IMG/VR virus record: IMGVR_UViG_3300025608_000060
Coordinates: 1 to 32,041 of that record
DNA: 32,041 bases
DNA from: a virus
Taxonomy: Duplodnaviria; Caudoviricetes
Direction: 5' to 3' (one strand)
How positions within the stretch are numbered: the stretch's first letter is position 1; each line of letters begins with the position of its first letter. This document shows, in pieces, positions 17,162-27,999 of the stretch. Made by a program: the position numbers and the translations under genes. The notes below the pieces were generated by a model. The model searched no databases and was not told the origin of the DNA. It saw only the letters and a program-made list of their open reading frames with translations.

Positions 17162-20100
17162 TTAATCTGCCTCTAATATAGGTTCACCACTACCTCTACC
17201 AGTATTAGCCACCCTAAGAATGTTAGGATTTGTAGTAAATGTTTCAACAGGTGATAACCCATCAGGCGTTGTATCGGCTGTTTGTTTAGAACCTTCGAAG
17301 AACGAATATTTCAAACCTTGTGATAAATTGTTTTTGTAACGATAGTGTGTTGGGAAATATCCATCCAATGGAGTTACTTCAACAATATCATTACCAACAG
17401 ATGGGTCGATTGAACCAAATGGTGTTTTACTTATTCTATATCTATATTTTGTTATCTCAGTATTCTCATATTTAACTGGTTCGTTATTTGTTGTAGCAGG
17501 CCATCCTTCGGTTTGCGTTGATACTAACTCAATATACGATTCCTTAACCAAATAAACTTGCCCTCTGGTTGAAGTTAGGTTACCAAATATATCCAAATCG
17601 CTTAAAATACTATGCTTCTCAATCGGTGAATATAACCCATACCCAGCCACATCTAAAGAATTAGCATCCATACCAATTTGTTCAAATCCAAATGATGTTG
17701 CAGTTGAATCCAACCTACTACCATCAGGTACATCTATCTCCAAATTGTATGTTGGATATGTTCCTTCCAATTCAGTATCATCATCAACAACTATTTCAGA
17801 ATTATAGAATGGTGTAGCTGATGTTAGGTTTACATCCTCTTCAGCATCTACGATACCATCATAGTTATCGTATTGATATGATAGGTTCGCATCTCGTTCA
17901 GCATCTAAGTTTCCTTCAAACTGATTATTATCACCAATTAAATTTACATCATCATCAACATCAACAAACGATTCATAATCCCTTTGTACCGATGTTGGTT
18001 TATCCCATTTAGTTTTACTTCTCTCTAAATAGTGAGGTTCAATCAATAACCCCTTAGATACTTTTGCTCTAGCAGGTACTAAATCTTCCAATACATCAAA
18101 TAATGATTTATCGATGTACCTTACTAATCTAATGTACTCATAGATATCCCTATCCAATCTTTCAAAATAGTAATCTCTTAAACCTTTTAATTCTGAGTAA
18201 TCATCTTTATATTCATCGGATGGATTTCCAATATAATTATCAATATTAAAGTTGCCAATTGATTTGATGATATCCATATTCAACTCCTTAATTGGTGAGA
18301 AGAATAATCCTAATCGAGATGAATCAATTGGTGCTCTATCTAATGATTTTTGAGTTGCTCTTACTTTATGTGATAAATCACCAACTAAAGTTTGAGTTTC
18401 AAATCTAATCTTATCGGCTTGGTTAAACCCTAATGATGGAACTTGAGCTGTTACACTTCTTTCATAAGTTTCATAATTGAATGGATACGTTGTTTCGTTT
18501 GTAAATCCAACTGCCGATGATGATGGTACATTATATGTTTCTGCAATAGCAACATTTATAATATCAGTATCACCAGATGTATGTCTATTTTTTGGATATT
18601 CAAAATCATGCCTCAATATCAATTCGGTAGATGATGCTGAATAGTGGTTACCATTCGTTGCATCAGGCATCTTAGTATGTGTTGTTATTACACCATCCTC
18701 CAATGGAGTGTTCCATAATCTAAATTCATCAATCGATGTGAATGATGAACTACCCACCATTAATTCAGTTGCATTACCCCAATAAGAACTACTAAGTTCT
18801 TTGGTGTAAGAATCATCAATTATCAATCTATCATTTACAGATTGTTTTAAATATAGTGAGTATGAACCAGAGTTAAGTGAATCATCTGCTCTGGTAATAG
18901 CTATCGTTTTATATTCACCATCAAATAACTTTCGTTCGTTGGTTTCTATTGTTTGTGGTTCACCAGATGGAGTCAATCCACTACCAGAATACATTGAGAA
19001 TACCACCCTACCAAATGAACCAGTTGTTTGAACTGCCTCTAATTCAAAATAAGTATTAGCACCCGCTATACCCTTTACCAAATTATGAGTTTGAGATTTA
19101 TTAAACTTAACGTTCATCTCAATACTTAATGGTAACTCAGATGAGTTCCATTCCGTTAGTATATGTTGAGAACCACTTAGTAATATTGCGGCTGTTCTAT
19201 CTTCAAATGTGAATGGTTGAGTACCTCCATCAGTTGGGTCAGTTGGTCCACCAAACTCCATAATTGTAAGGAGTGATTGTGGAACACCATAACAAGCCAT
19301 CACTGCTTTCAAAGAACGAGATGTTCCTTTGTGTTTTAGTAAGTAAGGTAAGTTGTTAAGTATTCTTCTCCAAACTTCTTCGTTTGCTGATTTAAGTGAT
19401 TGTTGATATTTTTGTGTACCATCTTTATACTGTCCGAATGCATACTCCCATAAGAATTGAGAATCGTAAGCTTTCTTACCTTCCCATCCCATAGATTCCA
19501 ACATAGAATAAACCAATTCGTTTGAGAATCCTTTATCAGCTTTATGTTGTGGAGTTTTAAGTTTTGTTAATGCGTTTATGTATGCCCAAATAATATCAAA
19601 GTGATGTCCTAACATATCCATAAACAACATGAAATCCACATTCTGATAATCTTCTTTGATAAACTCAGGAAGATTATTGTTTAGGTAATCTACATTGTTT
19701 CTATCGAAATCTGCTGCTTCATTAACAGCGGAGTTGTACCATACAGTTACCTCAGAATCGGATGAATTTCTAATGACACTACCATCCTTTGGATATGCCA
19801 AATCACTATTAGATGTATATAGGAAATTTTCAAATCCATCAAATGATGTGATTACATTATTTATATTATCTAATTGTTGTTTTGATTGTATTAAGGATAT
19901 TGTGGTTACATTTGTAGCATCCGTTTTTAACTCCTCATCACTTTCAGTTGTTAAGAAGTAACCATCAAATACACCACCCTCAGCAAGTATTGATGAGAGT
20001 TGTACTCCAGTTGTTGAAGTCAATTCAGTATACTTAGCTTGATACGATTCTAATAATTCAATTTTGTATAAGAAGTTTTTAATTCTCTCTTCAGCTGAAC

Positions 20101-21250
20101 CGAATTGTATAAAATTATCAAAGTAGTAATTTGAACCAGTAGTATATTCTATATTTAACTTTTCAGTATCAATACCTAAGCCAGAAACATATTTTCTAAC
20201 TAAATCGGTATTTGTAGTTGAACCACTAGCTAATAAGTCATCATATACTTGATACCCAATTCCGTTATCGGGCTCTAAACTAAAGTTAGGTCCTTTTAGT
20301 GGTGGACAATAATCAACATCTTCACCAACCATTGTTACAGTATCAATGATAGGTTCTGATTGTATTTTTGTTATCCAAACTTTATCGTTTGGTTGAACTG
20401 ATGTTGGTAATGGTTCGTATAATTTTAGAATCAATGAATCATCATCACCTACCCAAGTTGTTATAACTTTATTATCACCATCACCTAAATGTAGTAAATG
20501 AGTTAAGTATTCAGTATTATCAAATTCACAATTTGTAAATTGAGTGATAAACCCTTCAGCCAATCTATTTATAGCAGTTTCCCTTGGTATATCTAAATCA
20601 CCTTTATCGAATAAAACTTTAATAACTTCAGTCTCACCACTAACTACATCCTTTGTCTTTGCATTAAATGGTGTAAGGTTTATTGGTATGTATATTTTAT
20701 CACCATCACTACCTTCTAAAATATCAGGATATTGTGTGATAAGTTCTTTTACATTAAATCTTAATTCAGTATCAGAAGTTTTATAAGCTACCTTTGTGCT
20801 ACCAATACCAACTTCTATATATGAGGTATCGGTGGTTTCAAATGATATTGAAAAATCAACATCATAACCAGCAAAATCAGCTCCACTTACTTCCTTTGGA
20901 TATTTAATCTGCCTAATATCAGGAACATCAACATATACATCATCTACTACATTGATTACTAAATCCAATCCTCTTGATGATACATCAATTGTTTCAACAT
21001 CCAAAATACCTTCATCTAATTTTTCAATTAAAGGTTTAGGTCTATCCGATACTGAAATATCAGGTAAATTTGTTTTTAATCCTAAATCATTAATTGGTTT
21101 TATTGGGTAGTTTATATTATTAATTGGCTTAGTTAATAGTGATTGATTTAACGTATCCGATAATGAAATAGTAGACATTATTGATGTATTAGTAGAACCT
21201 CGTCCACTAACTCGCCTCCTCATAAAAAAAGGTATTTTGTTTACTGCCAT
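17162..21250 (-). CDS. Large baseplate wedge protein (T4 gp7 / P2 gpI-like) with LamG-like domain
   Basis: LPEFIKED...FMDMLGHHFD...LPYLLKHKGTSRSLKAVMACYG is tail protein I-like; IDEFRLWNTPL is a LamG-like C-terminal strand; downstream of gp25 and gp6. Confidence 0.65.
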   Translation of the reverse strand: MAVNKIPFFMRRRVSGRGSTNTSIMSTISLSDTLNQSLLTKPINNINYPIKPINDLGLKTNLPDISVSDRPKPLIEKLDEGILDVETIDVSSRGLDLVINVVDDVYVDVPDIRQIKYPKEVSGADFAGYDVDFSISFETTDTSYIEVGIGSTKVAYKTSDTELRFNVKELITQYPDILEGSDGDKIYIPINLTPFNAKTKDVVSGETEVIKVLFDKGDLDIPRETAINRLAEGFITQFTNCEFDNTEYLTHLLHLGDGDNKVITTWVGDDDSLILKLYEPLPTSVQPNDKVWITKIQSEPIIDTVTMVGEDVDYCPPLKGPNFSLEPDNGIGYQVYDDLLASGSTTNTDLVRKYVSGLGIDTEKLNIEYTTGSNYYFDNFIQFGSAEERIKNFLYKIELLESYQAKYTELTSTTGVQLSSILAEGGVFDGYFLTTESDEELKTDATNVTTISLIQSKQQLDNINNVITSFDGFENFLYTSNSDLAYPKDGSVIRNSSDSEVTVWYNSAVNEAADFDRNNVDYLNNNLPEFIKEDYQNVDFMLFMDMLGHHFDIIWAYINALTKLKTPQHKADKGFSNELVYSMLESMGWEGKKAYDSQFLWEYAFGQYKDGTQKYQQSLKSANEEVWRRILNNLPYLLKHKGTSRSLKAVMACYGVPQSLLTIMEFGGPTDPTDGGTQPFTFEDRTAAILLSGSQHILTEWNSSELPLSIEMNVKFNKSQTHNLVKGIAGANTYFELEAVQTTGSFGRVVFSMYSGSGLTPSGEPQTIETNERKLFDGEYKTIAITRADDSLNSGSYSLYLKQSVNDRLIIDDSYTKELSSSYWGNATELMVGSSSFTSIDEFRLWNTPLEDGVITTHTKMPDATNGNHYSASSTELILRHDFEYPKNRHTSGDTDIINVAIAETYNVPSSSAVGFTNETTYPFNYETYERSVTAQVPSLGFNQADKIRFETQTLVGDLSHKVRATQKSLDRAPIDSSRLGLFFSPIKELNMDIIKSIGNFNIDNYIGNPSDEYKDDYSELKGLRDYYFERLDRDIYEYIRLVRYIDKSLFDVLEDLVPARAKVSKGLLIEPHYLERSKTKWDKPTSVQRDYESFVDVDDDVNLIGDNNQFEGNLDAERDANLSYQYDNYDGIVDAEEDVNLTSATPFYNSEIVVDDDTELEGTYPTYNLEIDVPDGSRLDSTATSFGFEQIGMDANSLDVAGYGLYSPIEKHSILSDLDIFGNLTSTRGQVYLVKESYIELVSTQTEGWPATTNNEPVKYENTEITKYRYRISKTPFGSIDPSVGNDIVEVTPLDGYFPTHYRYKNNLSQGLKYSFFEGSKQTADTTPDGLSPVETFTTNPNILRVANTGRGSGEPILEAD

Positions 21251-21252
21251 CT

Positions 21253-22599
21253 TTATAAAAATCTTATATTTCGTACACTATTATTTTGGTTTAAATCCAA
21301 TCTACGACCAAAAAAACCACGTCTACGTCTATTTCTACCCGATAATCCATTACTAATATTATTTGATGATGTTGAATATCGATTAAATCTATCAGTTAAC
21401 TTTGGTAAATCAGGTTTAGGTATTTCACTTGTATCATATTTAATTTTAACCCGTTTAGGTTCTATGATATCACCAATTGGAGCTGGTCTAACTTGGTTTT
21501 CATAATCATCCAAAGAAAATGGATATATTTTAATATTATATTTTCCAATCTTTTCAAATACATCATGCGGAATCGTTATACCACATAAATTACCATTATC
21601 CAAATCATCAAATTCTATGATATCATCACCCACTATAATAGTTATAGCTTCCACATCTTCATTTTTTCTGAACATTAATGGTACACCCACTTCTGAGTTT
21701 ATGTTATATGTTCTTGCATCAGTTTTGACCAATTCTATTTGTGGATTTAATACAGGTAATTGTGGCTCTATTTCTTCAGTTTCTATTTGAATTTCATAAG
21801 AAGTATTTAATAGTATATCCACATCTAAACTCTCACCATCCCCAGCAATTTCAGTAATTGGACCCACTGTATCAGGTACTCTATTGTATATTATTCTCAC
21901 AATTCGATATAACGATGTATCGGATGAAGATATTTTGTACTTAGTACCATTCTTATCTGTATAAGAACTTTCACCAATGTTTGGAAAAAATGTAGCATTA
22001 GTTGTACTATTTTTTACAACACTAACTGGGTTACCTTTACCACTAATTAGGAATTTAATATTATAATCAGTAGGTTCTACGATTTCAACAGGACTTTTTG
22101 ATAATGTAAATGATAATTCTTTTGAACTACCATCATTTTGTATATATCTCTGCTCTATGTTGTTTATATAATACCTAACACTAATGCCAGTTTGAGATAA
22201 ATTACCATAACCACCATTATATGCATAATAGGGTGTTATTGGGGTTCCATTTGTATTTAATGAAATTACATATTTTTCATTAGATACATATCCATTTTTA
22301 CTAAGTGTTATGGTCTTAGAACCACCCTCTATTAATTCCTGTTTTGAGATTGTAAGTTGAGATGGTGTTCGATATGCAGAAATTTCACCATTTATTAGTA
22401 CAAAAGCACCTCTTATGTTTGATTTAATATTGAGTACATAGTTGGATTGTGTAATCCTAACACCACCACCACCACCAGTACTACCACCACCTTCATTATC
22501 AGCAGCCATTAGGTAGTTTCTAGAACTAGAACCCCCAAAAACATCGAAACCATCTTGTTCGTTGTTATTATTACCAAAATCATCAAATAGTTGTGCCAT
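21253..22599 (-). CDS. Structural protein with PEGA/Ig-like domains
   Basis: LNIKSNIRGAFVLING...RTP...ITLSKNGY is PEGA-like; Gly-rich N-terminus and Arg-rich C-terminal tail. Confidence 0.6.
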   Translation of the reverse strand: MAQLFDDFGNNNNEQDGFDVFGGSSSRNYLMAADNEGGGSTGGGGGVRITQSNYVLNIKSNIRGAFVLINGEISAYRTPSQLTISKQELIEGGSKTITLSKNGYVSNEKYVISLNTNGTPITPYYAYNGGYGNLSQTGISVRYYINNIEQRYIQNDGSSKELSFTLSKSPVEIVEPTDYNIKFLISGKGNPVSVVKNSTTNATFFPNIGESSYTDKNGTKYKISSSDTSLYRIVRIIYNRVPDTVGPITEIAGDGESLDVDILLNTSYEIQIETEEIEPQLPVLNPQIELVKTDARTYNINSEVGVPLMFRKNEDVEAITIIVGDDIIEFDDLDNGNLCGITIPHDVFEKIGKYNIKIYPFSLDDYENQVRPAPIGDIIEPKRVKIKYDTSEIPKPDLPKLTDRFNRYSTSSNNISNGLSGRNRRRRGFFGRRLDLNQNNSVRNIRFL

Positions 22600-22602
22600 A
22601 TG

Positions 22603-22611
22603 TATAAATAT
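22603..22611 (-). promoter_or_regulatory. Putative late promoter motif ATATTTATA
   Basis: Exact nonamer only 3 nt before the ATG at 22599. Confidence 0.55.
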
Positions 22612-22629
22612 TGTTAAATGATATTAGTA

Positions 22630-23820
22630 TTAAGAAATGCCTGGTCTATCACCATATGAGCGATTCGAGTTTCGTCTGTTATTTCTTGTTCTATCACGAC
22701 TACCAAATCCAAATAATCTACGTTTTCTACGTTTGATTGGATTTGGTTTTGTAAATTTTATAGGTAATTCAGCGGGTACTTCCTTTATAATTTCCTTACT
22801 TATTTTTTGAGATTCTTGAACTTCCTTTTTCTTTTCTCTCGTAACTTCCACCTCTACTTTTTTAGGTCTAATCACTACATCAGATTCCCTACGTTGTAAG
22901 ATTCTACCAACATCATCCATACTAGCATCTAACTCAGTTTGAACATTTGTAGATGATTGTATAGTTCTATTAGGTAAAAATTTATCAATAACTTCTATTA
23001 AAATTCGTTGTGCTACAAAATATACATCTTCTTTTGAAAATTTAATAGAAGGTTTTGATTTCTTTTCCTTACCATAGTTTGGACTTGATATAGATGAAAC
23101 TCTATTAGAAAACTCATAACCCATAGCCTGCGTAAAAGACATATGAATTTTCGTTGCTAAAATATCCAATCCATTTATACCAAATTCAGATATAAATTCA
23201 TTATAATAAGATTCACCATAAGTATTTTTAATAAACGAACTTACATCAGATGGATTTATAGTATTAATAAAATTACCTATAAATGGAGTAATATCATCTC
23301 TAAAGTTGGAATTTTCATTAACCATTATATTAAATCTATCAAATAAATCAGTTTGCTTAGATACTTTATTTGAGATAGGTAATAATCTAACTTCGGTTCT
23401 GGATGGAGATATTTCACTTATCCATAATTTTTCGTTTGGAGAGTTATAACCTACTCGTTTATTTAATAGTGTAATTTGCGTTTTAAAAATACCATTATTA
23501 TAACCACCTTCTTTTATCAAACGCTCTACATCAATAAAATATTCCGATGGAAATTGAAATGCTTGAAATTCAGTACCATCGGCTATTAAAAAATAATCTT
23601 TTATGTTTTCCGAATTTAAAGGAACGTATCTAACCGATTCACCAAATTCACCTTGTGGTAATTGGTTATCATTTACATCATATAAGATAAACTCAATCAT
23701 ATCAGAATCAGAAAATCCGAAGAAAGATTGTAATGTACCTTCTTCGAATATCTCCCTATCCTTTGATGAGATACGATATCCTTTGTTATCTATTATTTCT
23801 TTAAATGTTCTAATAGCCAT
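22630..23820 (-). CDS. Hypothetical baseplate-region protein
   Basis: 396-aa ORF, TAATG coupling with the upstream gene, Arg-rich C-terminal tail. Confidence 0.75.
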   Translation of the reverse strand: MAIRTFKEIIDNKGYRISSKDREIFEEGTLQSFFGFSDSDMIEFILYDVNDNQLPQGEFGESVRYVPLNSENIKDYFLIADGTEFQAFQFPSEYFIDVERLIKEGGYNNGIFKTQITLLNKRVGYNSPNEKLWISEISPSRTEVRLLPISNKVSKQTDLFDRFNIMVNENSNFRDDITPFIGNFINTINPSDVSSFIKNTYGESYYNEFISEFGINGLDILATKIHMSFTQAMGYEFSNRVSSISSPNYGKEKKSKPSIKFSKEDVYFVAQRILIEVIDKFLPNRTIQSSTNVQTELDASMDDVGRILQRRESDVVIRPKKVEVEVTREKKKEVQESQKISKEIIKEVPAELPIKFTKPNPIKRRKRRLFGFGSRDRTRNNRRNSNRSYGDRPGIS

Positions 23821-24875
23821 TATCCTCTATTTTTTCTTAAATCGGTTTTTAGGGTTACCTCATCATTTGTACCATCCGCAAATGTTACCTTAACTTTTAA
23901 TGATAATCCTTTATAATTTTGTCCTTTTCCCTTCCAACCAAATGTTCTTCTTCTTGGTTGAATACCTTTTTTCTTAGATGTACCAATTACACCATTATCA
24001 AATTCACAATCATATGTTTCTGAACTTTCAGGTTCAATTGAACTTGCTCCCGATTTTACTTTAAACCATTTAGGACTTCCAGAAAATTCAAATGAAATAT
24101 TAGTTATTTTATTATCAGTAGTAACGTTACTTACTTCTATTGTATTTGTCATTTTACGAGAACCTGCATCTTTAGCACTACATTTAGCATATAAGTCTGC
24201 TGTTAATTGTTCCGCATCACCATCTCCATTATTTACTTTAACAGTAAATCCATTATCACCACCACTAATAGCCCCTTCAGCGGTTTGTGCTGATAAACCA
24301 AATAATTGTTCCCTTAATGATTCGTTCTCTTGAAGTAGAGCTTCATTTCTAGCGGTTAAAGATACTCTTTGAATCGATTCATTAATTGAGTTCTGAATAG
24401 CGTTTGATAAATCGATAGTAGTTGATGCCACTTGCTCATTTGCCGTAGTAGCTTGTTGTTCAGCAATATTAGCTTTCAATCTTTCATTATCGGCTTCAAT
24501 TTTCAAACTTTCACTTACGATTTGTAATTCACTTATCTCAGAATTCAATACACCAACTTCATTAGTTAAATTTTGGACTTGTAAAGTTAAATCGTTGATT
24601 GACTGTGTTGCTACATTATAAACCGAACGGAGTACCATATCAGGTAACTCAGGTGCTTCTTGTGGAAGTAGTTCGAATATCTCAGTATCTATTGATTTCT
24701 TCAACTCTGAGTTATTGTACTTTGGTCGTATTAACTTTCCACTTATAATACCATCACCTAAATCAGATTCCTTAAATAGACGTACACCAGCGGAGTTCTT
24801 ATCACCTAAAGCGTTAGAACCTTTCGTTAGTAATTCTTGAACCTTTTGTTCATTTTTTAATCCGCTGTTTTTCAT
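23820..24875 (-). CDS. Coiled-coil protein with C-terminal beta-sandwich-like domain, likely structural
   Basis: Heptad pattern over about residues 90-190; beta-rich C-terminus. Confidence 0.7.
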   Translation of the reverse strand: MKNSGLKNEQKVQELLTKGSNALGDKNSAGVRLFKESDLGDGIISGKLIRPKYNNSELKKSIDTEIFELLPQEAPELPDMVLRSVYNVATQSINDLTLQVQNLTNEVGVLNSEISELQIVSESLKIEADNERLKANIAEQQATTANEQVASTTIDLSNAIQNSINESIQRVSLTARNEALLQENESLREQLFGLSAQTAEGAISGGDNGFTVKVNNGDGDAEQLTADLYAKCSAKDAGSRKMTNTIEVSNVTTDNKITNISFEFSGSPKWFKVKSGASSIEPESSETYDCEFDNGVIGTSKKKGIQPRRRTFGWKGKGQNYKGLSLKVKVTFADGTNDEVTLKTDLRKNRG

Positions 24876-24877
24876 CC

Positions 24878-25960
24878 TTATGAAATTACGCTAAATGTAT
24901 AATCCTCATCAAAGAAGTAATCAACTCCTCCGATTGTAGTTTTTAATTCGATTTTATATACTCTATCCACTTCCCAATTTGATAAATTTAAATTGAAGAA
25001 GTTACCATTAGAATCACAACTTAATTTTGTGTAATCCGAAAATGGTACTATTATATCATTAGAGTGATAATCTCTGATTTGATAATATGATGTTGTTGGT
25101 AAGAATTTAGTAATACCATATTGAGCCGTTGATGAGAATGTTTTGGCTGGGTATAAATCCCTACCCACTACTCTTAACTTAGGTGTTGTATTTACTTTGT
25201 ATTCTTTTTTAAAGTTTCTAATACCAACTTTGATTTCCTCCGAATCCAATTCAGTTAATGAACCCGTTGTGAAAGTTACATCATCCCAACCAATCCTAAC
25301 TTTAGGTTGGTGGATTGTATGTGTTTCTTTGGAAAAGAATCTTAATATACCATAATCATTAGTATCCTCTTCTACCGAATTTTCATGCTTTATAATCAAT
25401 CCATCGTTTTGGATTGAACCACTTAACCAAGATTGGAAAATGGAACTTATATCAGCGTTTATATCTTTTGTTTTGTATGCAAAATCCTGCGAACTACTTA
25501 GGTTAGAATACCATACTCCACCTCTACCAGCAAATGAACCAGTTGAGTTTGGGGCAAATACAATAGAACCATTTACAACATTATTTACCCATCTATCCGA
25601 TGAATCACCTTCTCTATAATTCCAAGTTACACCAGATGTTGTTATATCATCAAAACGAGTACCATTACCCATTTCCCAAGAAGCTGAGATTGGGTTTATA
25701 TCGATTGTAAAATTTAATGGTAGTTCCTCTGATTCAGTTTCCCTTAATACCAAAGTTGCTTCCTCAAATCCAACATCCCCATTAGATAGTGATGATGAAA
25801 AGTTATCTACATTAAATTGTATTAATGCTCTGGATACATCTTTGATGTTACCATAGTAAACTTTACTTACTTCTAATATTTCATCCAAACCACAATTTTG
25901 GTCAGGTTGTTGTAAGTAAACCGATGCATCCTTTGATGCTGTTAAGAAATAATATGCCAT
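24878..25960 (-). CDS. DNRLRE-like domain structural protein
   Basis: ASKDASVY...N.G....LEV...SRALIQFN...SW...TW...W...NDGLIIK...FFSKE...PK pattern. Confidence 0.6.
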   Translation of the reverse strand: MAYYFLTASKDASVYLQQPDQNCGLDEILEVSKVYYGNIKDVSRALIQFNVDNFSSSLSNGDVGFEEATLVLRETESEELPLNFTIDINPISASWEMGNGTRFDDITTSGVTWNYREGDSSDRWVNNVVNGSIVFAPNSTGSFAGRGGVWYSNLSSSQDFAYKTKDINADISSIFQSWLSGSIQNDGLIIKHENSVEEDTNDYGILRFFSKETHTIHQPKVRIGWDDVTFTTGSLTELDSEEIKVGIRNFKKEYKVNTTPKLRVVGRDLYPAKTFSSTAQYGITKFLPTTSYYQIRDYHSNDIIVPFSDYTKLSCDSNGNFFNLNLSNWEVDRVYKIELKTTIGGVDYFFDEDYTFSVIS

Positions 25961-27993
25961 TATCTTGCTCTTCCTTTTATATCCGCATCTGGGAATTTAA
26001 CTTCGAAAACCGATGGGTCTAAAGATGGATATAAAATCTTATCTTTAATTGCCGCTTCTATATTGTATGAATTAGGTGCATAGTTACCATGACATTTGTT
26101 CACAATTTTTAATTTTGGAACTGAACTCACACCTTCAACATTTCCTACTATCAATTCCAATTCAGATAGGTTGATTGTATTGTTGAAAGTCCAATTATTA
26201 ATATTTAAATAATCTTTTAATTCAGAAATACAATTTCCAATAACTTCGGATTTATTGTAGTTCTTATATGTAATGATTTCAAATTCAACACCAATATTGA
26301 TAATAAACCCATCGTTGATATTTACACCATCGGTTAGGATTTTATATTCACTTAAATATGTTTTTAAATTTTCCTTTACTGCACTATTTAATGAAGTGAG
26401 TTTACCATCCGAATCATATCCTAATAAGTAAAGGTTGATTGCAAATGGATTATTCTTTTCGTTTTCATTTGATGTTTTACCAACTAAGAACTTTTGAAGT
26501 TCAGTTTGAACACTTCGTCTATCCGGCTCTTCCGTATCAGGCTTATCCACAAAGCTCATTACCAAATCAGTAAACTCTTGCAGAGCTTTTGGGGAACTTA
26601 AAATAGATGATGGTGAGTTATTATCCAATGTACCATCCGCCGTAGCGTAAGCTTTTGCAATTGAACCATACTTAGTTGGCATCGATAATACTCTTATTTG
26701 ATAATCCTTTGCGGTTACTGCTCTATTTTGAGAACCAAAGTTTGCTAAAGCGTTTTCTCTAATCTCTTCTAAAGTATCACCACCTTTACCACCAGTTGCA
26801 GGAACTTCGTTATCAACTGCTATTGAGTTTTTAGCTGCGTTGTATAATGATAACTGATTTGGTGTGAGTAACGTTGTATCCTCATCATACTCTACATTTC
26901 TTATTTGAGTGATTGTTCCCTTTTTCACATTTGATTCAACACCACCACCAACTAAATACTTAACAGTCAAAGTTGTATTCGATGGGGATGTACCATATGT
27001 TTGTGTTTTCAAAAAGTTTGTTGGGTCAAACGATGCATCTAATTTAGATATTGAATTCGGTAATCCCAATCCTACATTTTTTAATGATGGAATAATAGTT
27101 TCCTCACTAACAGTTGGGTCACCAGCTCCAAATTGGATAGTAGTTGTACTATCACCATTCACCTGCCTTACAAATCTACGAGATGTTTTTAATGTATTTA
27201 ATACATATGGAACTGTTGATTTGAATTGGTATAAGTCCGGGTCATTTGCTTCAGTATTTGGATAATCAGTAAATACTAACTCTTGTGCTAGATATGGAAC
27301 TTCATACCATTTGTTTCCATTTGAATCTCTTACATCGTAAATATCTATGATGTTGGTATCACTTAAATTAATACTTTGAAATTCTTGATATGAACCAAAT
27401 TCAAATTCTTGTTCTTCTATTTGAGCCGATATAGCTTTAACTTGCTTTTTAACCAAATAGAATGATGTTTCACCAGTTACCGAATCCGTTTGATATATTG
27501 TAATCTCTCTATCAGTATCATCGGAAAAGTCAACCACATCTTGTGTAATGAAAGATACACCATTAGTAGATTCAACCAACATACCCTCTTTGATTCGTAA
27601 CAAATAGGTTTCATCATATGTGTTATCCGTACCATTTCCAATTGAAGGAACTAATTGATAAACCGATAAGGTTGTTACGGACGGTGATGATACTTTTGGC
27701 TTATATCCCAAATATTGTGAAAGTGCAATTACGTTCTCAATATCATCCGCATGAACCATTAAGGATTCTTTAAGAGTATCATCAATATAATATGAAAGTG
27801 AATCACCAATATAAGATGCCATCTCAATAAACATCATACCTGGTGATGATTCATTGAAATCAGAATAGGTTGTTGGGAAATAAGTTTTAGCAAACTCAAT
27901 TAAGTTACCTCTAAACTCAGCAAAATCCTTATTGAGGTATTTTATATCCTTACCCCTATTCTTAAAATTCTTTGTTGTTTTTGTAATTGCCAT
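25960..27993 (-). CDS. Baseplate wedge subunit (T4 gp6 / baseplate J-like)
   Basis: YLNKDF, YSDFNESSPGMMFIEMASY, IQFGAG, YLVGGGVESNV, ATGG...EEIR...QNRAVTAKDY. Confidence 0.88.
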   Translation of the reverse strand: MAITKTTKNFKNRGKDIKYLNKDFAEFRGNLIEFAKTYFPTTYSDFNESSPGMMFIEMASYIGDSLSYYIDDTLKESLMVHADDIENVIALSQYLGYKPKVSSPSVTTLSVYQLVPSIGNGTDNTYDETYLLRIKEGMLVESTNGVSFITQDVVDFSDDTDREITIYQTDSVTGETSFYLVKKQVKAISAQIEEQEFEFGSYQEFQSINLSDTNIIDIYDVRDSNGNKWYEVPYLAQELVFTDYPNTEANDPDLYQFKSTVPYVLNTLKTSRRFVRQVNGDSTTTIQFGAGDPTVSEETIIPSLKNVGLGLPNSISKLDASFDPTNFLKTQTYGTSPSNTTLTVKYLVGGGVESNVKKGTITQIRNVEYDEDTTLLTPNQLSLYNAAKNSIAVDNEVPATGGKGGDTLEEIRENALANFGSQNRAVTAKDYQIRVLSMPTKYGSIAKAYATADGTLDNNSPSSILSSPKALQEFTDLVMSFVDKPDTEEPDRRSVQTELQKFLVGKTSNENEKNNPFAINLYLLGYDSDGKLTSLNSAVKENLKTYLSEYKILTDGVNINDGFIINIGVEFEIITYKNYNKSEVIGNCISELKDYLNINNWTFNNTINLSELELIVGNVEGVSSVPKLKIVNKCHGNYAPNSYNIEAAIKDKILYPSLDPSVFEVKFPDADIKGRAR

Positions 27994-27999
27994 ATCGTA

